Assembly (NCBI GenBank): GCA_963668025.2 | Contig: CAXXTH010000008.1 | Location: forward strand, 64,001 to 128,000 | DNA from: Candidatus Hydrogenedentota bacterium | GTDB taxonomy: Bacteria > Hydrogenedentota > Hydrogenedentia > Hydrogenedentales > SLHB01 | Direction of reading: 5' to 3' | DNA length: 64,000 nt | In this document: positions 28,648-38,876 of the stretch, one piece after another | Position numbering within the stretch: position 1 is the first letter of the stretch | How the letters are laid out: every line of letters begins with the position of its first letter | Notes under the pieces: generated by a model | What the model was told of the DNA's origin: nothing | The model's database searches: none | Seen by the model: the letters and a program-made list of their open reading frames with translations, nothing else | Translations under genes and position numbers: made by a program

Positions 28648-28676
28648 ACTATAAAGAACCCTATAGATAAAATCAA
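28648..28676 (-). promoter_or_regulatory. Sigma70-type promoter of tRNA-Glu
   Basis: TTGATT-N17-TATAGT on the - strand. Confidence 0.65.
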
Positions 28677-28725
28677 GCAACTGAAAATATTTTCTCATAA
28701 GACTTCCCGCACGGCAAAACATACA

Positions 28726-28754
28726 TTGACAGCAAGTGTCTACCGCGCTATTCT
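28726..28754 (+). promoter_or_regulatory. Sigma70-type promoter of the HDOD gene
   Basis: TTGACA-N17-TATTCT. Confidence 0.7.
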
Positions 28755-28821
28755 AGCGTTGCACCGTTAATTGCATGCATGGCAAAGCAGGCTATGCTGC
28801 CGACGAACAGGAGGTTGTCAT

Positions 28822-29700
28822 ATGCCTAGGTTTCGAAGGGATACGGTACAAAAGCGAGTGTTGGCGGTAGAAGAATTAGCGACTCTTCCCGCTTCGCTTG
28901 CCCGCATTTTAGCTATCACGCAAGACCCAAATTCGACCTCCTTGGATTTGGCCGCCGAAATCGCGAAAGATCCCGCTCTCACGGCTAAAGTCTTGCGAAC
29001 CGTTAACTCGAGTTTCTACGGCTTTCAACGCCGCATCCAAACAGTCTCCGATTCAGTCGTTTTGCTGGGCTACACCGAAGTCGAGCGCCTTGCCTTGGCC
29101 ATTTCGGTCATAAATCTGTTTGGCGGCGAACTGCTCCGTGCTCGATTCCTGCACCAGCTTTGGCGGCATAGTTTCGTGGCCAGCATAGCCGCGGATATCG
29201 TCGCGGAGGCCTATATGCCAGGCATTCCAGAACTCAGCGGCGCGCATGTGGCCGCGCTTTTACATGATATTGGCAAAGCGGTCCTCGCGCAATGCATCCC
29301 GGAAGCGGCTCCCGCGATTGCCCAGCTCATGGATAATAGCGGGCTTAGCTGTTTGGAGGCGGAAGCCCAGATCTTGGATGGTTTCACCCATTGCGAAGTA
29401 GGCGCATGGGTGGCGGAACGCTGGTCATTGCCGGTTTCCATCATCGAATGCATATTGCTCCATCACGCGCCAGATCAAGCAACAGAAGAGCATCCTATGC
29501 TCCATGCCACGCATGTAGCCAATGCGGTGTGTTACGAATTGGGCGTTCCCGCGATAACGGAGCTGGCCGAGCCACCAGCCGTATGTCCCCGTTCCTTTGA
29601 ATACTTGCACGTGGATGGCGCGTTCACGTCCCGGGTGGAGGAACGTATTCAAAAGCGGCGGGATCTCATTAGCATGATTACGACCGGCGTGGCTATTTAG
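28822..29700 (+). CDS. HDOD-domain signal transduction protein
   Basis: LATLP, DPALTAKVLRTVNSSFYG, LWRHS, ALLHDIGK, THCEVGAWVAERWSLP. Confidence 0.92.
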   Translation: MPRFRRDTVQKRVLAVEELATLPASLARILAITQDPNSTSLDLAAEIAKDPALTAKVLRTVNSSFYGFQRRIQTVSDSVVLLGYTEVERLALAISVINLFGGELLRARFLHQLWRHSFVASIAADIVAEAYMPGIPELSGAHVAALLHDIGKAVLAQCIPEAAPAIAQLMDNSGLSCLEAEAQILDGFTHCEVGAWVAERWSLPVSIIECILLHHAPDQATEEHPMLHATHVANAVCYELGVPAITELAEPPAVCPRSFEYLHVDGAFTSRVEERIQKRRDLISMITTGVAI

Positions 29701-29822
29701 TGATGCCGCCTATTCTTGCGCTCTAGCCAATTTGGAAATCCCTGCTTACTTCGGTAAAGTGTAGCTCCGTTGGAGCGCTCATGTGCTGATGTATGGTGGC
29801 AACTAGGGATTTGAGAGTTGGC

Positions 29823-30650
29823 ATGAAGAAAAAACCTGAAAATGAAATAGCTCGCTATGCTCAAAAAGCGTACAATAACCACGAATTCTTGAACAGCCCG
29901 GATGCGCGCACCGTACGCGTCCTATGTGAATTCATCGAACCAGGCTCCCGATTCCGGAAGTTTCACGTATACAATACAATATGCTTCTTCGGCTCCGCCC
30001 GCGCCCAGACGCCCCATGTGGCCCGCCACGCCTTCGATGTAGCGGAACAGCTCAATGCCGAAAGCCCGTCACCAGAAAACGCCCTCCAGTTGGAACGCGC
30101 ACGTTATGGCATTCGGCTGGCTAGGTATTATCAAGACGCGATGGATTTATCGAAGCGTTTATGCGAATGGTCTATGGCTATCGACAAGCCGCAACGGCGC
30201 TTCCATATTTGTTCAGGCGGCGGGCCAGGCATTATGGAAGCAGCCAATCGGGGGGCGAGCCTAGCTGGTGCGCCCAGCATTGGCCTCAATATCAGCTTGC
30301 CCTTCGAACAGAAGCCAAACCCATATCAAACGCCTGAGCTGGCGCTCGAGTTTCATTATTTCTTTGTACGCAAATTCTGGTTTGTCTATCTTTCCAAAGC
30401 TTTAGTGGCCTTTCCCGGCGGTTTTGGCACCTTCGATGAATTGTTCGAGCTATTAACGCTTGTTCAGACGAAAAAAGCCGGCAAAACGGTCCCCGTGGTG
30501 CTGTATGGCGCGGAGTTTTGGAATGAAGTAATGAATTTCGAGGCGTTGAAGAAATGGGGCGTCATTAATCCAGCCGATCTCGGGCTGTTCCATGTCTGTG
30601 ATGATGTGGAGTGCGCATTCCAATTCTTGACGGAGCATCTGGCGCAATAG
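29823..30650 (+). CDS. LOG-family (TIGR00730-like) nucleotide phosphoribohydrolase
   Basis: FFGSAR, SGGGPGIMEAANRGA, GLNISLPFEQ, FHYFFVRKFWF, FPGGFGTFDE. Confidence 0.92.
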   Translation: MKKKPENEIARYAQKAYNNHEFLNSPDARTVRVLCEFIEPGSRFRKFHVYNTICFFGSARAQTPHVARHAFDVAEQLNAESPSPENALQLERARYGIRLARYYQDAMDLSKRLCEWSMAIDKPQRRFHICSGGGPGIMEAANRGASLAGAPSIGLNISLPFEQKPNPYQTPELALEFHYFFVRKFWFVYLSKALVAFPGGFGTFDELFELLTLVQTKKAGKTVPVVLYGAEFWNEVMNFEALKKWGVINPADLGLFHVCDDVECAFQFLTEHLAQ

Positions 30651-30751
30651 GAAGCGGCATGGATGGCCTGATTTCGATGACACAGCGGCATCTTTGCTTG
30701 GATGCCAGTGGCCCCGGCAATCAAGCAAGATTTCATCTGTGCCCGCCGCGT

Positions 30752-31690
30752 TTAGTCCCGTTTCACGACCGTGGTTTTTGCCGCGGCGCGCAGTTTGGGG
30801 AGGAGCACCTGCTCGATGACTTGGGGCCCCTTATACAGCGTGAGTTCCTCTTTATCAATGACATCCACCGCGCCCGAGTCCATCACTTTCTGGCGCATGA
30901 CGCTGCCCCGCTGGGCAATGGTCGAGACGATCACTGTGGGGATGGGCTTGTAGCGCATGATTTTTTGCAGGAATGTATGGCCATCCATCTTAGGCATGAT
31001 GATGTCCAGGCACAGCACATCGGGATCTAGCTCGAGGATAAGCTCCCGGGCCTGATATGGGTCCGCCGCTTCCCCCAGCACTTCCATGTCTTGGGAGCGC
31101 TCGATGCCTTGGCGCAAGACCGCCCGCACCGTGCTTGAATCGTCGATGATAAGCACCCCTATCTTGCGCTGCTGGAATTTGGAGATGCGCTGGGCGCGTT
31201 CCTGATTGGCGGCCATGGGATTGATGGGGCGCACCTGGATCTCGTTCGTGGCCGTATTCATGGCGATTTTACGGCCCTTTTGCTCGCCAACCTCCTCCCG
31301 CATAATACGAATGCCCATCTTGCCAAGCTGTTCGCGGGCTACGGCGATATTGCGCGTGCCGACTTGCTGGCCGCCCTCGAGCGACTGCACCGCGGATAAA
31401 TGGCCGATGACCTGGCCGCCGCCGTAAATGCTGGCTACAAGGCTTCCAGGCTGCGAACCTGCTTTCAACGCAAGTTTCACAAGCGTCTGAATGGCGAAAT
31501 CGCCATATTTACTGGGCGATAGTCCACCTTCCTTCTTGTACGGCAGCATGTAGTGGTTCATTCCGCCCCATCGTTTATGGATGTCATGCAGGCACACGGC
31601 CACGCACGAACCAAGAAGCGTACTGACATCGGTTTCTTCTCGTTCAAAAGCATATTCGCCTGGAAGCAAAAAGACTTTACGTTCCGCCAT
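30752..31690 (-). CDS. cheD: CheD chemoreceptor deamidase fused to a CheB-type receiver domain
   Basis: N-terminal STLLGSCVAVC and GGMNHYMLP (CheD Cys/His). C-terminal IIDDSSTVR, AADPYQARELILELDPDVLCLDIIMPKMDG, VST and DK. No methylesterase domain. Confidence 0.85.
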   Translation of the reverse strand: MAERKVFLLPGEYAFEREETDVSTLLGSCVAVCLHDIHKRWGGMNHYMLPYKKEGGLSPSKYGDFAIQTLVKLALKAGSQPGSLVASIYGGGQVIGHLSAVQSLEGGQQVGTRNIAVAREQLGKMGIRIMREEVGEQKGRKIAMNTATNEIQVRPINPMAANQERAQRISKFQQRKIGVLIIDDSSTVRAVLRQGIERSQDMEVLGEAADPYQARELILELDPDVLCLDIIMPKMDGHTFLQKIMRYKPIPTVIVSTIAQRGSVMRQKVMDSGAVDVIDKEELTLYKGPQVIEQVLLPKLRAAAKTTVVKRD

Positions 31691-31702
31691 ACAACGCTCC
31701 TC

Positions 31703-33829
31703 TCATGCCAGAAGGGGGCTAAGTTTATCGACATCAATAATAAGCGCCACCGAGCCATCTCCCAATAGCGCGCCGCCCGTGATCGATTCCGCTCCGGAAG
31801 ACATGCCCTCCAGGGTGCGTACGACGATTTGTTGCACTCCGCGTACGCCATCAACGACAAGCGCGAACTGGCGGCGCTGCGCCTCAGCCGTAACCATAAG
31901 CTCATAGGCTGATTCCATATCCCGGTGGGGAAGGCCGAGTTCTTCCCGCATATCGAGTACAGGCAAAATCATGCCATGGCGTTGAATGCACCGGCCCCGG
32001 CCCGTTATGACCGTGATGTCATTATGCTCAATCTTGACCGTTTCCCGGATCCGATTCATGGCTAACACATAACATTGATTATCTACAATAACAACAAATC
32101 CATCCATTATCTGCGTCGTAACGCTCTTAGGCAGTTGGACCTGGAATACCGAGCCTTCCCCTGCTTTCGTGGAGACGCTAATCTGCCCGCCCGCTTGATC
32201 CACCATCCGCATCACCACGTCCATGCCAACGCCCCGCCCAGATACATCCGTGACCTTTTGAGCCGTCGAGACGCCCGAAGAGAACAGCAAATTGACAATA
32301 TCATTTTCAGATAATGGCTGGTCCGCCCGGACAAGGCCCATGCTTTCAGCCTTCTTCTTTAGCGCTTCCAAATTGATGCCCGCGCCATCATCCCGCACGA
32401 TTAACGTGATATTCGTGCTGGACTCCTCCGCGATGATTTGGATGTGGCCTTCACGGGGCTTGCCATGCTGCTGCCGGGCTTCTGGCATCTCGATGCCATG
32501 ATCCGCGGCATTGCGCACCATATGGGTGAGCGGGGCGTCTAGGATGTCGATGAGGCTCTTGTCCACTTCGATATGCCCGCCTTCCACGGTCGCCGCGATC
32601 TCTTTTCCGGCCACGGTGGCCACATCCCGAATAATGCGCGGCGCACGTGAAAGCAGCGTGCCTACGGCTACTTTGCGTATGGACATGATGCTTCGCTGCA
32701 AATCATGGGACAATACCGTGAAAGTCTCGTTGATACGCCGGAAATCGTTCACTAAATAGGAATCATGCAATTTGTTCGCCAGTTGCCGTTCCAAATGGCT
32801 AAACATGTCGCCTACTACGACCAATTCACCGACAAAGGAAAGGAATTTGTCGATATGCGCTTCAGACACGCGCATCGTTTTCGCTGTGGTTTCGACAGGA
32901 TGCTGCGCGGCGGCCTCTGGTTTGGGCTTTGAAGGCTCCTCTGCTTGCGCCGGAGCGGGCTCTAGTTCCTTTTTCACCACCGGCCAAGGCTGTATGGCGA
33001 TGAGTTCCCTGGCCTTTTCCAGAAGCAGTTCTCGCAGAAGCGAATCGAATCCTACGCTATCCACAAATACCTGGTACGAGTCCAGCATATCCGCTAAAAT
33101 AGCTTGCGCCAGTTCATTTCCCGCAACCAATCCCGGCAATTGCCGGAGTGCTGCGCCCACAGCCTCACTTTCCTCCACAGGCAGGCTATCGCCAAACGGC
33201 TCGCCGATTTTCTTCATGATGAGCGCCATAGGCTCCGGCAAGCCTTCCGCCGCTATATTGGCATTTCCCGTTTCCAATTGGACACCGGGATGCAATTTGC
33301 GCAGGCACATCATTGCGGCGTCCAACTCCGTGATAAGCTGGGCCGCATCTGGCGCAAGCGCTTTACGAAGCGCCTCGAGCCGCGAAAAGGCGTCACACCA
33401 GAGATCATCCGCTTCGACCACTTTTGTCGTGGCCGCGTTTCGAACTTCCTCGACCAAGGCCTCGTAGGCCGCCTGGTCCACTACTTCCGGCCCGCTTAGC
33501 CTCGCCCGATCCAGCATAGCCTTCAGTTCATCCACGGATTTGAGCAACACACTGATCAGCGTCTCGGAGACGGCCAGCGTTTTTTTACGGAGCATATCCA
33601 GCAAGCTTTCGGATTCATGGGCGAGAGTCTTCACTTTCGTGAAACCGAAAAACGCGGAATTTCCCTTGATGGAATGTACGGGCCGGAATATAGCTTGGAT
33701 AATATCGAGGTTATCGGGCGCTTGCTCGAGCTGGACGAAGAGGCTGTCCACGGAAGCCAGCATATCTAGGGATTCATCAATAAACTCGGTAAGCAGTGCC
33801 GGATCAATAGTCAGGGATGGCTCGCTCAT
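31703..33829 (-). CDS. cheA: Chemotaxis histidine kinase CheA
   Basis: HPt FRPVHSIKG, PLTHMVRNAADHGIE, DDGAG, SGRGVGMDVV, and a C-terminal CheW-like domain (ITGGALLGDGSVALIID). Confidence 0.96.
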   Translation of the reverse strand: MSEPSLTIDPALLTEFIDESLDMLASVDSLFVQLEQAPDNLDIIQAIFRPVHSIKGNSAFFGFTKVKTLAHESESLLDMLRKKTLAVSETLISVLLKSVDELKAMLDRARLSGPEVVDQAAYEALVEEVRNAATTKVVEADDLWCDAFSRLEALRKALAPDAAQLITELDAAMMCLRKLHPGVQLETGNANIAAEGLPEPMALIMKKIGEPFGDSLPVEESEAVGAALRQLPGLVAGNELAQAILADMLDSYQVFVDSVGFDSLLRELLLEKARELIAIQPWPVVKKELEPAPAQAEEPSKPKPEAAAQHPVETTAKTMRVSEAHIDKFLSFVGELVVVGDMFSHLERQLANKLHDSYLVNDFRRINETFTVLSHDLQRSIMSIRKVAVGTLLSRAPRIIRDVATVAGKEIAATVEGGHIEVDKSLIDILDAPLTHMVRNAADHGIEMPEARQQHGKPREGHIQIIAEESSTNITLIVRDDGAGINLEALKKKAESMGLVRADQPLSENDIVNLLFSSGVSTAQKVTDVSGRGVGMDVVMRMVDQAGGQISVSTKAGEGSVFQVQLPKSVTTQIMDGFVVIVDNQCYVLAMNRIRETVKIEHNDITVITGRGRCIQRHGMILPVLDMREELGLPHRDMESAYELMVTAEAQRRQFALVVDGVRGVQQIVVRTLEGMSSGAESITGGALLGDGSVALIIDVDKLSPLLA

Positions 33830-34260
33830 CCGATGCTCTCCCGCTGGTGTGATTTCATGACGGTCAGATCGTGGAGAATGCGTATCCAATTCCGCAATTC
33901 GGCCACAGCCCGTTCAACGGCGTCTTCGAGTTCCTTCATATCCTCGATGGGCTTAAATACGCACGTGTCGGCCCCTAGCCGCATGCACGCCAAAGCGTTG
34001 TCCAACGTCACCATTCCCGTCATCATGATGGTATGCACCATAGGATATTGCGCCCGCACCTGGCGCAGAAAATCAATCCCATTCATGACAGGCATCATGA
34101 TATCGGAAATGACAATGTCTGTTTTGCGTTCCTGCATCCGTTCGAGCCCTTCCGCGCCGTTTGCCGCCATGTGGGTCTCATAACCAATCATGCGGAAATG
34201 GCGCGCTAGCATCTCACGGAGTTCAACCTCATCATCAACAATGAGAATGGTGGCATTCAT
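33826..34260 (-). CDS. Stand-alone response regulator receiver
   Basis: ILIVDDE, VISDIMMP, MMTG, FKP. Overlaps the cheA start by 4 nt (ATGA coupling). Confidence 0.9.
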   Translation of the reverse strand: MNATILIVDDEVELREMLARHFRMIGYETHMAANGAEGLERMQERKTDIVISDIMMPVMNGIDFLRQVRAQYPMVHTIMMTGMVTLDNALACMRLGADTCVFKPIEDMKELEDAVERAVAELRNWIRILHDLTVMKSHQRESIG

Positions 34261-34358
34261 TAAAAGCCTCCTATTCATGAAGACCGGGTTAACGGCAAAA
34301 CCTCTTGGCTTCTATTTCCCAATCCCACAGTTCCCGCGCGGGACGCCTTAATGTATGT

Positions 34359-34823
34359 TTAGCCTAACAGACTAGGTATTATAAACCATTGAATGCCCCA
34401 TTGGCCCGCTTCATTGCGATGCAACGCAATAGCGCCACCCTTTTGAAATAATACCAGTTCACGGCCTTCATCGCCAACCAAGAGCAGCGAAGCCAGCCGG
34501 GAAAGATGGGGGAGATGCCCCACGATCACCAAATCCGCCTCGCGGGCGCGCAATTCATGCGCCATATGGTCGGCTGGATCCTTGGGCTCGAGGCCAGGCC
34601 GCAAACAACACTGCCCTCGGGGCGCCATAGCGGGGAGCAACAGCTCAGCCGTTTGCAGACTGCGGGCTTTGCTGCTATGCCATATCTCTGGCACGCTTAA
34701 CGCAAAACGAGAAAGAATGTTCGCCATGGCCGCCACATCGCGCATGCCGCACGGCGTGAGAGGGCGTTCAGAATTTTCACTCTTCTCATACGCCTCTCCA
34801 TGCTGGACCAGATAGAGGTTCAT
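34359..34823 (-). CDS. sixA: Phosphohistidine phosphatase SixA
   Basis: MNLYLVQHGEA, RPLT, HSSKARSLQTA, IVGHLPHL. Confidence 0.9.
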   Translation of the reverse strand: MNLYLVQHGEAYEKSENSERPLTPCGMRDVAAMANILSRFALSVPEIWHSSKARSLQTAELLLPAMAPRGQCCLRPGLEPKDPADHMAHELRAREADLVIVGHLPHLSRLASLLLVGDEGRELVLFQKGGAIALHRNEAGQWGIQWFIIPSLLG

Positions 34824-34840
34824 GAAGACATCCTCCCAGG

Positions 34841-35200
34841 TTATGCAACGGTTTCACCGAGAATCCCGAACTGGACCAGCGCTTCCGCAAGCCTATCCGC
34901 GTGAATGCCATAATGAGACGTGTTCCATATCGCGACGCCGTCTCGAACCAATACGATTTGAGGAGATTGATGGGGCACTCCCAAACACATGGCGATCTCA
35001 GTGGATACCTGGCGCTCTTCAATAACTCTTACCATGTATACCTCTGGATGCCCGCTGGCGCCAGCGTCAAACTGAGAAACCCGCTGGAAAGCGTCAGCCG
35101 ATATAGGGCACTTCGTGCTGTGTTTGAATATAAGCACCGCCGATTCAAACGACTGCTCGATGCATGCCCGCAATTCCTCAACGCTTGATAATGTCTTCAT
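34841..35200 (-). CDS. ytxJ: YtxJ/BrxC-family monothiol thioredoxin-like protein
   Basis: IFKHSTKCPIS, GVPHQSPQ, WNTSHYGI. Confidence 0.88.
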   Translation of the reverse strand: MKTLSSVEELRACIEQSFESAVLIFKHSTKCPISADAFQRVSQFDAGASGHPEVYMVRVIEERQVSTEIAMCLGVPHQSPQIVLVRDGVAIWNTSHYGIHADRLAEALVQFGILGETVA

Positions 35201-35393
35201 GGAGACGCCTCCCGTAATGCTGAAAAAAGTCTCCAGCAACTATTTGCCTGCGGTTATGATAGAGACGCTTCATTGGCGGGTCAAGCATCTATTTAAAATG
35301 ATGAAAAATCGAGCTTTGCCCAATAAGTCCATTATTATCTGGCGCCATTCAAATGGTAGAGAATATGATCTTCAAGTTGCGTGTTTTCACGTA

Positions 35394-35422
35394 TTGACAG
35401 GCCTAAAAACAGGCTCTAGACT
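35394..35422 (+). promoter_or_regulatory. Sigma70-type promoter of the DJ-1 gene
   Basis: TTGACA-N17-TAGACT. Confidence 0.7.
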
Positions 35423-35489
35423 AAGCATTGCCCGGCCGTAGGCAGCCAGCGGCGGCATATAGCGGTTATAGAAGGAGGGACAGCTTTCC

Positions 35490-36041
35490 ATGAAACGTGT
35501 TCTAGTGCCTTTGGCGGAAGGATGTGAAGAACTCGAAGCGGTCACGATCATCGACCTGTTGCGGCGTGCGGAATTTGAAGTGGTGTCGGCCAGTTTGGAT
35601 GGGCGCGCCGTGAAAGCATCGCGTGGGGTGGTGCTGGTTCCAGATAAATCCCTCGATGAAGCGCTCCAGATGGACTATGATATGGTGGCGCTGCCGGGCG
35701 GCATGCCCGGAGCTGTAAATCTGGATAATGATGCGCGCATTCATGCGGTGCTGAAAAAGACGGCCGGGAGCGGCAAATTCGTAGCGGCCATCTGCGCGGC
35801 GCCCACGGTGCTCGCCCATGCGGGCCTCCTGAATGGCAAAAAAGCCACCAGTTACCCAGGATTTCTCGACAAAATGAATTTGCCCGAAGTAACGTTCACA
35901 GGCTCGCCCGTCGAACGTGATGGGCAGGTTATAACATCCCGGGGGCCCGGTACGGCCATGGATTTTGCCCTCGAATTGATTGAGGCGTTGGAAGGCCTAG
36001 AACGGCGCAAAAAAGTAGAGAATGCGCTATTCCGTCCATAA
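35490..36041 (+). CDS. DJ-1/YajL/ThiJ-family glyoxalase/deglycase
   Basis: GCEELEAVTIIDLLRRA, LPGG, AAICAAP, TSRGPGTA. Confidence 0.93.
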   Translation: MKRVLVPLAEGCEELEAVTIIDLLRRAEFEVVSASLDGRAVKASRGVVLVPDKSLDEALQMDYDMVALPGGMPGAVNLDNDARIHAVLKKTAGSGKFVAAICAAPTVLAHAGLLNGKKATSYPGFLDKMNLPEVTFTGSPVERDGQVITSRGPGTAMDFALELIEALEGLERRKKVENALFRP

Positions 36042-36062
36042 TGGACATGCGGCTCTAACCAA

Positions 36063-36962
36063 ATGTGCTCTGCACAAAAAAACAGGGGAAATGCAGTGTT
36101 CTTCTCAGGCATTGCGGATGAAGCCGGGCACGCTATCGAGCGGCAAATACAAGCGCATAAAGAGCTAGGCTGGAAGCACATCGAGCTTAGGCTCGTGGAT
36201 GGCGAAAACCTCACCGCTATTCCGCAAGCCCGGTTTGAATACGTGTGCGAAAAATTAGCGGAAGCCCGCATCGAGGTGTCTTGCTTCAGTTCGGCCATCG
36301 CCAATTGGGCGCGGCCCATCACAGGAGATGCCAATATCGACATCCAAGACCTCAAACAGGCTATCCCGCGTATGAAACGCCTGGGAACGCCCTATATCCG
36401 GGTGATGAGCTATCCAAACGATCCTCAATCTCCATTGACGGAAAAAGAATGGCGCGCCGAGGCTATCCGGCGCATGAAAACACTGGCTCGAATCGCGGAA
36501 GATGGGGGGGTGGTCCTGGCTCATGAGAATTGCAGCGGCTGGGGCGGTTTGTCTGGCGGGAATGCCAATATCTTGCTGGGGGAAGTGAATAGCTCCGCCC
36601 TGAAAGTGCTCTACGATACGGGAAATCCCGTCAGTTATGGGCAGGACTCCTGGGCGCATTACCAGGCGGTCCTCAAAGATATCGTGTATGTTCACATCAA
36701 AGACGCGAAGAAAGAAAACAACACGAGCGTCTATACCTATTGTGGAGAAGGCGAAGGCCGTGTGCGCGATATTGTGCGCGATCTCTTGTCGCATGGGTAC
36801 GATGGCGGATTTTCCATCGAGCCCCACGTAGCGGCGGTCATCCATACAAAACAGGATGATGACAACGACGCCCATCTATACAACACTTATATCGAGTATG
36901 GCCGCCGCTTCATAACCATGATGAAAGAAATCCAAAGCGAAACCGGTCTTCCGCCCGCCTGA
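36063..36962 (+). CDS. Sugar phosphate isomerase/epimerase-family TIM barrel
   Basis: FSGIADE, IELR, HENC, YDTGN, VHIKDA, SIEPH. Start may be GTG 36096. Confidence 0.85.
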   Translation: MCSAQKNRGNAVFFSGIADEAGHAIERQIQAHKELGWKHIELRLVDGENLTAIPQARFEYVCEKLAEARIEVSCFSSAIANWARPITGDANIDIQDLKQAIPRMKRLGTPYIRVMSYPNDPQSPLTEKEWRAEAIRRMKTLARIAEDGGVVLAHENCSGWGGLSGGNANILLGEVNSSALKVLYDTGNPVSYGQDSWAHYQAVLKDIVYVHIKDAKKENNTSVYTYCGEGEGRVRDIVRDLLSHGYDGGFSIEPHVAAVIHTKQDDDNDAHLYNTYIEYGRRFITMMKEIQSETGLPPA

Positions 36963-37347
36963 ATAGGTTGCCTGAAAAGAAAAGGCCTTTTTGCTACAAT
37001 CGGAAGGCGCTTTTCTCCCTGAAAGCCGGTAAGTTATTAGTTTGAAACAGGTTGGGCGATGCAGCGCCGCATAGAAGTGTAGCGCCTGATTCTCAAATCT
37101 ACTCTTCTCATGATGCAGCAGGAGATGGCAACCCATTTTTTCAGTGTTTCATAATCCGTGCAGCAAAACATCGCCCTTGATTCCCTAGGTGCGATATGTG
37201 CAAAATACGGCAGATGTGAACTCTTGTAGAAGGTGTGTTTTATATTTCGCTCCGAGGCCGTGCTTTGCAAATTGGGGATAGTGAAGCAATGCCTTCGGCA
37301 AGCGGTTAAAGATAACATGCGAGGGGAACCTCGTTGAGGGTGGCCTT

Positions 37348-38124
37348 TTGAGATATGCTTTTATTTCCGACCTTCACGCTAATCTGGAGGCCCTGGAGGC
37401 CGTTCTGAGCGCGATTGACGAATCAAGCATCGATCAGGCTGTATGTCTGGGCGATGTGGTCGGATACAATGCCAATCCCAATGAATGCATTGCATTCATA
37501 CGCGAGCGCAATATCCCTACCATCTGCGGCAATCACGACGCCGTGGCCTGTGGACTTGAAGAGCCATGGGGCTTTAACCCGATTGCCTTGGCCGCGGCGC
37601 TATGGACACGGGACCACCTAGAACCCGATAATATACAGTGGCTCAAAAAACTGCCGGTTAATCTTTCTTTCGAGCATTTTCTTGCGGCCCATGGCTCTCC
37701 CACGGATCGCGATTGTTATATATTCAATTGGGAAGACGTGCTTCCGCATTTTCCTTATGTGGCGGAACAGAATCGCACCTTATGCTTCTTTGGCCATACC
37801 CACTGCCCCGGGATTTTCTCTTCCGATGGCATGTACGCGGTGGATGCGCATTCACGGTTTCTGTTTTGTCCAGAAACAGCAAGCCGCGAGGAAAAACAGG
37901 CCGTCTTCCATCTGGAAACAGGCCGGAAAATCTTCTTCATTAATTCAGGTTCAGTAGGCCAGCCAAGAGATGGGGATCCGCGCGCGGCGTTTGGCATTCT
38001 AGATACTGAGGCTTGTTCATATGAACTGGTGCGCGTGTCTTATCCCATACAACAAGCGGCGGAACGGATTATTGCGGCGGGTTTGCCGAGTTTCCTCGCC
38101 GAACGGCTTTTCCTCGGCAGATGA
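37348..38124 (+). CDS. Metallophosphoesterase (YfcE-like)
   Basis: ISDLHAN, LGDVVGY, GNHD, HGSP, FGHTH, NSGSVGQPRDGDPRA. TTG start. Confidence 0.92.
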   Translation: MRYAFISDLHANLEALEAVLSAIDESSIDQAVCLGDVVGYNANPNECIAFIRERNIPTICGNHDAVACGLEEPWGFNPIALAAALWTRDHLEPDNIQWLKKLPVNLSFEHFLAAHGSPTDRDCYIFNWEDVLPHFPYVAEQNRTLCFFGHTHCPGIFSSDGMYAVDAHSRFLFCPETASREEKQAVFHLETGRKIFFINSGSVGQPRDGDPRAAFGILDTEACSYELVRVSYPIQQAAERIIAAGLPSFLAERLFLGR

Positions 38125-38257
38125 TATAGGAAGCTCATCCCGCACGGCCAGCAGCATGCAATTATCCAATGCCTCCGTTTTGATGTTCATAGCCAGTATT
38201 TTGTTTGTGTAGTAATAGAGAGTAGTAATTGTAGTCTGTTTATGTGGAGGGCGCGCC

Positions 38258-38848
38258 ATGCGCACCAGTCAAATACGGCGTGACACCGCCGAAACCCAGA
38301 TCATGGTTTCGATAAACCTAGATGGAGCCGGAAAAGCCGATGTGGATACGGGCATTGGCTTCTTCGATCATATGCTCAGCCAAATCGCCCGGCATGGCCT
38401 TTTCGATATCACCGTAAAAGCCGCCGGTGATCTCCATATCGATGCGCACCATACCGTGGAAGATGTCGGAATTGTGCTGGGGAAAGCATTTCTAGAGGCC
38501 TTGGGCGGCTGCCAGGGCATTACGCGTTACGGCCATGCTGTAATTCCCATGGACGAAGTGCTCGCTGAAGTGGCGGTGGATTTTAGCGGACGTCCCTGCC
38601 TCGTGTTCCAGGCCGAATTAGGGCATGGCGTTTTAAATGGCTTTGATGCGGAGCTGGCCGAAGAATTCTTTCGAGCTTTCGCGGTGAACGCCCGCGGCAC
38701 GGTGCATGTTATCTTGCGATATGGCGGCAATCTACACCATTGCATCGAAGGGCTCTTCAAAGCCTTCGCGCGGGCCTTGGATGCGGCTTCACGTATTGAC
38801 CCGCGCATTTCCGGAGTGCTATCAACAAAAGGCATGCTCGAAATTTGA
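38258..38848 (+). CDS. hisB: Imidazoleglycerol-phosphate dehydratase
   Basis: TGIGFFDHML, IDAHHTVED, PMDE, NLHHCIEGLFKAFARAL, STKG. Confidence 0.96.
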   Translation: MRTSQIRRDTAETQIMVSINLDGAGKADVDTGIGFFDHMLSQIARHGLFDITVKAAGDLHIDAHHTVEDVGIVLGKAFLEALGGCQGITRYGHAVIPMDEVLAEVAVDFSGRPCLVFQAELGHGVLNGFDAELAEEFFRAFAVNARGTVHVILRYGGNLHHCIEGLFKAFARALDAASRIDPRISGVLSTKGMLEI

Positions 38849-38876
38849 CAACCAACAACAGGACCAAATCCCAACA

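Noticed and set aside
36963-37347. 385-bp intergenic gap as a possible ncRNA or riboswitch
   Set aside because: I recognised no known RNA motif or convincing stem pattern, and the short ORFs there look spurious. An Rfam search would be needed.
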